NCBI GenBank assembly: GCA_032718475.1
Contig: JAUCBJ010000065.1
Span: 1 to 64,000 of the forward strand
From: Nemertoderma westbladi
Taxonomy: Eukaryota; Animalia; Xenacoelomorpha
Reading direction: 5' to 3'
DNA: 64,000 nt
Made by a program: the position numbers and the translations under genes. This document shows positions 59,165 through 64,000 of this stretch, in pieces (within the stretch, counting starts at the first letter, position 1; each line of letters starts with the position of its first letter). The notes under the pieces were generated by a model that had not been told where the DNA came from, searched no databases, and saw only the letters and a list, made by a program, of their open reading frames with translations.

Positions 59165-59627
59165 CTACTAACTACCTACTAACTCTGTAGTACAGGCTCC
59201 AACCTAGCCCGTACTAGTCCTACTAACTCTGTAGTACAGGCTCCAACCTAGCAAGTACTAGTCCTACTAACTCTGTAGTACAGGCTCCAACCTAGCCCGT
59301 ACTAGTCCTACTAACTCTGTAGTACAGGCTCCAACCTAGCCAGTACTGGTCCTACTAACTCTGTAGTACAGGCTCCAACCTAGCCAGTACTAGTCCTACT
59401 AACTCTGTAGTACAGGCTCCAACCTAGCCTGTACTGGTCCTACTAACTCTGTAGTACAGGCTCCAACCTAACCTGTACTGGTCCTACTAACTCTGTAGTA
59501 CAGGCTCCAACCTAGCCTGTACTAGTCCTACTAACTCTGTAGTACAGGCTCCAACCTAGCCTGTACTAGTCCTACTAACTCTATAGTACAGGCTCCAACC
59601 TAGCCTGCACTAGTCATACTAACTCTG
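59165..59627. repeat. 44-bp satellite, segment 4 (~10 units)
   Basis: Same unit as segment 1. Confidence 0.98.
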
Positions 59628-61023
59628 ATTTCTAGAGGCAATTGCCTTAGCATCCAATCGTTTATTTTCCCCTTAGCTTGAAACTCCTTTGCTTCACTCG
59701 AAATCCTCAAGGCGTCATGGGGAGTCATTATTTTATTAAAATTCTAAAATGTGGAGTCCGTACTTGGCGTCGAATTATTAGAAATTACATACATGAAAAA
59801 TTGTAAATTTATATTTGTTAATTACTTGGAAAATCATTAATTAAAATCGTTATAATATATTTTATTACTACCTGTAGTATTTACTTAACATGCTTGAATA
59901 TAATGTGAAATAATTCTTAAAAAATTGGAATAAAATGTAATATTATTAATAGTAATAATCTTTACATAGTTTGCACCAAAGTAACATATACAATAATTAA
60001 TACGAGTTCTGGTATTTGACTTTTTAATAATAACTATTTAAGTAATTTGATAAATTAAATTATCTTAGTTAAGTAATTTCATTAAAGAGAACAAAGTAAT
60101 TTGATAAGATAAATTTCCTTAGTTAATTAATTTCATTATAATATTTTTTAAATTTGATCATGTTTTTGCTCTTAGAATAACGCATTAGAATGAATAATAC
60201 TGTACCGGTAGTGCTTATTTCAAACCACCAAATACCTGCGAAAATAAACATCATTGATTCTGCAACGCAGTGATTGTTAATTATCTGGTGGCTCTAACAA
60301 ACACTCACTTAGCCTTACATAATATACTATGAGCAACTTGGCAACGTAATAATAATATTACATTTATCCTGACAACATTATACTGTAATTCAACGCTCTA
60401 CTGCACGAGGATTCCCAGTAAGCTTTGATTTAACTTCATAATTATAGCCAGTCGCTTTTATTAATAGTCGTAAGTCCTTCATATATTGGAATAACTCGAG
60501 ATATACCGTAATGTATTGTACCGCAGTAAGAAGGGTGGAGTGTTATTTTTTTTAAATATAAAGCTGGGTGGAAAAGCTGCGAAATAAGTAAAAAATGAAA
60601 ATTATAAAGTTTTTTTTAATTTCATAAACACATCTTTCCTTCCCCTATCTTATTCCTTACAGATTTCGGGCTTGGGCCATGAGGTAGGTCCTCCCACAAA
60701 AATTTAACGAAAAATTTAAACGGGATGGAAGAGCCCGCAAAGCATAGCCCGGTAGCCCGCAGTCAGCGAAAATCGATTGGTTACTTTTTTTTTAACCATT
60801 TAGTTGTCCTTTTACGTGAGTTGTGTAAAGTTTGACTTTGACACAGGGAAATTTAAAGTAACGACCCGTTCAAGATCCACAACTAATTCTATGGAAGCTT
60901 ATCAACCTGAACAGAGTACTGGTAGAACAAATACATATCCGTAAATGTTACCTACAGTATCTACGGTGGCTGATCTTTACGGTGGCTGATTTGGGCCAAT
61001 TAGATTAGGATTTTTTCTTTTTC

Positions 61024-61170
61024 TGGGTGATAATATTATCACCCGGGTGATAAATAATATCACCCGGGTGATAAATAATATCACCCGGGTGATAAATAAT
61101 ATCACCCGGGTGATAAATAATATCACCCGGGTGATAATTATTGTCACCCGGTTGATAATTAATATCACCC
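61024..61170. repeat. 21-bp tandem repeat with palindromic core ATCACCCGGGTGAT (x~6)
   Basis: Directly visible. Confidence 0.93.
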
Positions 61171-61257
61171 ATGGTGTTGATTTATCGTTCTTTTCCAGAC
61201 TGTGTACCGGTCCGGTGATCCTCACCTAATAATGTTTACATATATGTAAGATACTGT

Positions 61258-62418
61258 ATGTATGTTAGGCTAGATTGTTTATTAGATTGTTTTGCTGTTT
61301 TGTACAGTATGAATAATGTAATTGAGTTGGTTTCTGACTATTTCTGGTCTGGATTTTCGAATTCGGATATCTCAAAGTTGCTGAAGAGTAAGAATATCGA
61401 AATCTCTGTCAGAACAACGAGAAGAATTTTGAAAGTTTTGGGTCTTAGTAGAAGGCTGAATCCAAACAGATTTAATGATATACTGGCCGCTATCTTTAAT
61501 GAAATCGAGACAAGTTCATCTGGTTTATATAATTCTACCGGTTATCGCCAAATGCAAAAACATAAACTATTCGCGCCAAGGAGTATTGTAGCCGCACTTT
61601 TAAAGATTATTCGAAGAACATATAGATCTAAAGGACCAAACTACCTGGTACACATAGACGGATGGGATAAATTAAAGCCATTTGGTCTAACAGTTCATGC
61701 GGCTATTGATGGTTTTAGTCGAAAAGTGCTGTGGTTAAAGTGTCACAGATCAAATAATGACCCATTTCTGGTTGGGGAATACTTCTTAGATTTTATCAAA
61801 GAGCACAACGCAATTCCACGTCGAGTCAGAAGTGACCGCGGGACTGAGAATGTCAATGTTGAAATAATTATGAAATACTTGTATTCTATATCTAACCCAC
61901 AAGCCAACTACCACTTCCGTCCTTTCCTATACGGGAAAAGTTCTAGGAATCAAAGAATCGAGTCCTGGTGGTCAAAGTTCCCAGGCCTCGGAATGGATCA
62001 GTGGCTCTATCATTTCTTGGAACTTGAGATTCGCGGGGCATTGGACACATCCGACTATTTAGAAATCGAAATTGTGCGATTCGTTTATGTCGATTTATTA
62101 CAACGATCATTAGATGATATTTGTTCACGGTGGAACTCTCACAGGCTAAGAAAGAGCGGAGTAATTGCATTGGCGGGCAAACCACAACTATTATACCTCG
62201 AACAACCAAATTACTTACAACCAACCAACCAATACAATATTGAACTTATGTCCGTTTTCGGATACAAGTTACCTTTTTGTAATAAAACCGTGAACGAACT
62301 CTGCGAACTATATCTTCAAGATGATAATAACGTTCGTCATCCCGATCATTGTGAAAACTTGTTTCACTGCTCGCAAACATACATGTACTTACGGAACAAG
62401 ATTCATCTGGATCTGTAA
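61258..62418 (+). CDS. Integrase-core (DDE) transposase with an N-terminal HTH-like region
   Basis: ISVRTTRRILKVLGL; GPNYLVHIDGWDKLKPFGLTVHAAIDGFSRKVLWL; PRRVRSDRGTEN; GKSSRNQRIESWW; WNSHRLR. Confidence 0.88.
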   Translation: MYVRLDCLLDCFAVLYSMNNVIELVSDYFWSGFSNSDISKLLKSKNIEISVRTTRRILKVLGLSRRLNPNRFNDILAAIFNEIETSSSGLYNSTGYRQMQKHKLFAPRSIVAALLKIIRRTYRSKGPNYLVHIDGWDKLKPFGLTVHAAIDGFSRKVLWLKCHRSNNDPFLVGEYFLDFIKEHNAIPRRVRSDRGTENVNVEIIMKYLYSISNPQANYHFRPFLYGKSSRNQRIESWWSKFPGLGMDQWLYHFLELEIRGALDTSDYLEIEIVRFVYVDLLQRSLDDICSRWNSHRLRKSGVIALAGKPQLLYLEQPNYLQPTNQYNIELMSVFGYKLPFCNKTVNELCELYLQDDNNVRHPDHCENLFHCSQTYMYLRNKIHLDL

Positions 62419-62476
62419 ACTTATATATTATATTATGCCCAACATTTTCACCACTGTTGTTGGTTGTTTATACTAA

Positions 62477-62745
62477 GGGGCCATCCATAAATGACGTCAC
62501 ACAGGGAGGAACGGGGGGGGGGGGTTACACTATTTCGTGACGATGTGAGACAGCGGGGGGGGGGGGGGGGGGGGGGGCGTAAAATTCACTTAACAATAGT
62601 AAATAAAATAATAATTTACAGTTGATTTTAAAATAATGATTTTTTTCTAAATTTAATTCATTAACAAGTTCATTTTATAATGTGTGACATGGGGGGGGGG
62701 GGGGGAATGTCCCAAAAAATCGTGACGTCATTTATGGATGACCCC
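62477..62745. mobile_element. PIF/Harbinger MITE nested in the IS3EU-like element
   Basis: TIR GGGG(C/T)CATCCATAAATGACGTCAC; TAA TSD at 62474-76 and 62746-48. Confidence 0.9.
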
Positions 62746-63087
62746 TAATAAGATTTTTTTAGTTAAATTTTAATGACTAAACCAGTTGGAGTGTTCGGTG
62801 ATAATATGTATGTATTGTAGATCGTTATAACGAAAATATTTTGATTAAAACACAACACAATCAAATTATTATAATTAAAAAGAACAATAATCAAATACAA
62901 ACACAATAATTATCTACAATTAACAGTATAACACAATAATGGAAGATCAGTCCGTTAAGGTTTATTAATAAAACCGTGAGTCTTATTTGAACATCTATGA
63001 TTTATCTCGATCTATGATTTAATGATTTTGATTTAATGAGTCCTATTAATTAAAAACATTCCCATTCTTGGATATAAGAGCACTAGA

Positions 63088-63976
63088 CTAAGGAAGACCA
63101 AACCCGAGGTTATTATATATGTCCTCAAGAAGTACTTCGCAAAATTTTTGAGTTTTCCCGTGCAAGTACCTATTATTAAGGGGAAAAGTTATGATGGTGG
63201 CGCACGTGTTCACTGTAAGGCGTCGATTAGGTGAATCCGCTTGACAGAAGCGCAATTCTCCCTGGAAGTTTGGAAATCTGGAGCCGCTTCCGAATTGGAG
63301 AACATCTCCCAAATTCAGTACCTTGGTTTCTTCGGTTCCATCTATTGGAACATAGCTAGAACTCATTTCTTCCTTCTCTACTTTCTTGAGGAATTGATTA
63401 AATTTGAAAACAATTTCAGCGGCTTTCTGGCGTTCACAACTGGTCAACGAATCAAACTTGGGAGTAAAGCATTCCTTTACCTCAATATATGTGACAGGTC
63501 GATGAGAAAGCGAGGCTATGGCCTCTTCTGGGAATGACTTCATTAAATCAAACATACGAATCTTTATCAGAAGGAAAGTCTAAGTCTTCTAAAGCTTTGT
63601 TAAAGTTTGTGTCACCAAATATTTTCGTAACGACTGTGTCTATAGCATTACTCATGTTATCGTCCATTGGGAGAGACAATTTAATGGCATTCGACTCTCC
63701 AAGTGGTTTTCGAATCAATACCGATTCTGAAGCCTGCGAAACTTTCAGTTTGATAATGACGACGTTTGTTGATCGTGGTGGACGCCCAGCAGCAGCAGCC
63801 GAAACACTGACAGTTTGTCTACCTCTGGTACGTTTCATGTTATTCTGATTGCAGTTTGATTGATTGTTATTGCAGTTTGACGTAAGTGCTGTAGTATTTT
63901 CATTTAAAGTCTGGTTTGGGCCTATTGGTAAAGTCTGAACGTCAGCTTCGACTCCCTCATCCTCATCCTCACCCAT
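63088..63976 (-). pseudogene. HECT-domain (G2E3-like) E3 ligase cargo gene, broken or internally deleted
   Basis: C-lobe signature LGDVLQFGSGSRFP..LRF..LTVNTCATIITFP..F..LLEDIYNNLGFG. Two out-of-frame ORFs overlap at 63548-63555 and most of the N-lobe is missing. Confidence 0.7.
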
Positions 63977-64000
63977 GTCTACATCATTGCCATTTATCGC

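Larger units (their letters stand above)
60962..64000. mobile_element. IS3EU-like DNA transposon, left part (right end outside the window)
   Basis: Candidate terminus TACGGTGGCTGAT, present twice (60962 and 60978), subterminal palindromic repeats, an integrase-type transposase and a convergent HECT-like gene. The superfamily call is from recall of this architecture. Confidence 0.65.

Noticed and set aside
37352-59627. CRISPR-like array (palindromic repeat next to nuclease and RT genes)
   Set aside because: Units are head-to-tail with no unique spacers, no cas genes are present, and the context is eukaryotic.
61024-61170. CRISPR-like palindromic repeats beside a nuclease ORF
   Set aside because: No spacers; better explained as transposon subterminal repeats.

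Overview
AT-rich, repeat-dense animal (probably invertebrate) genomic DNA; nothing here looks prokaryotic. The left third (1-21.5 kb) is a nest of decayed transposons: a near-identical 2.9-kb duplication, an old APE-type LINE split by a 5'-truncated RTE element and a MULE-like MITE, a G-rich minisatellite and foldback MITEs. The middle has two probable host genes on the minus strand, an intronless 748-aa Pro-rich ORF with an unfamiliar repeat motif and the 3' exons of a spliced gene that the ORF track largely misses. From 37.35 to 59.63 kb is one array of a 44-bp hairpin-forming satellite, interrupted by three retroelements. Two are different families of CRE-like (RT plus restriction-like endonuclease) non-LTR elements in the same orientation, and one of them is intact. 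The third is a 3'-truncated BEL/Pao LTR element with an extra DEDDy 3'-5' exonuclease ORF where env would sit and a small upstream ORF overlapping the gag start (ATGA). The right end holds an IS3EU-like DNA transposon (integrase-type transposase with a convergent HECT-domain gene). All calls were made by eye from motifs and no database searches were run. The best candidates for an undescribed system are the apparent targeting of the satellite by CRE elements and the exonuclease-carrying BEL/Pao element.
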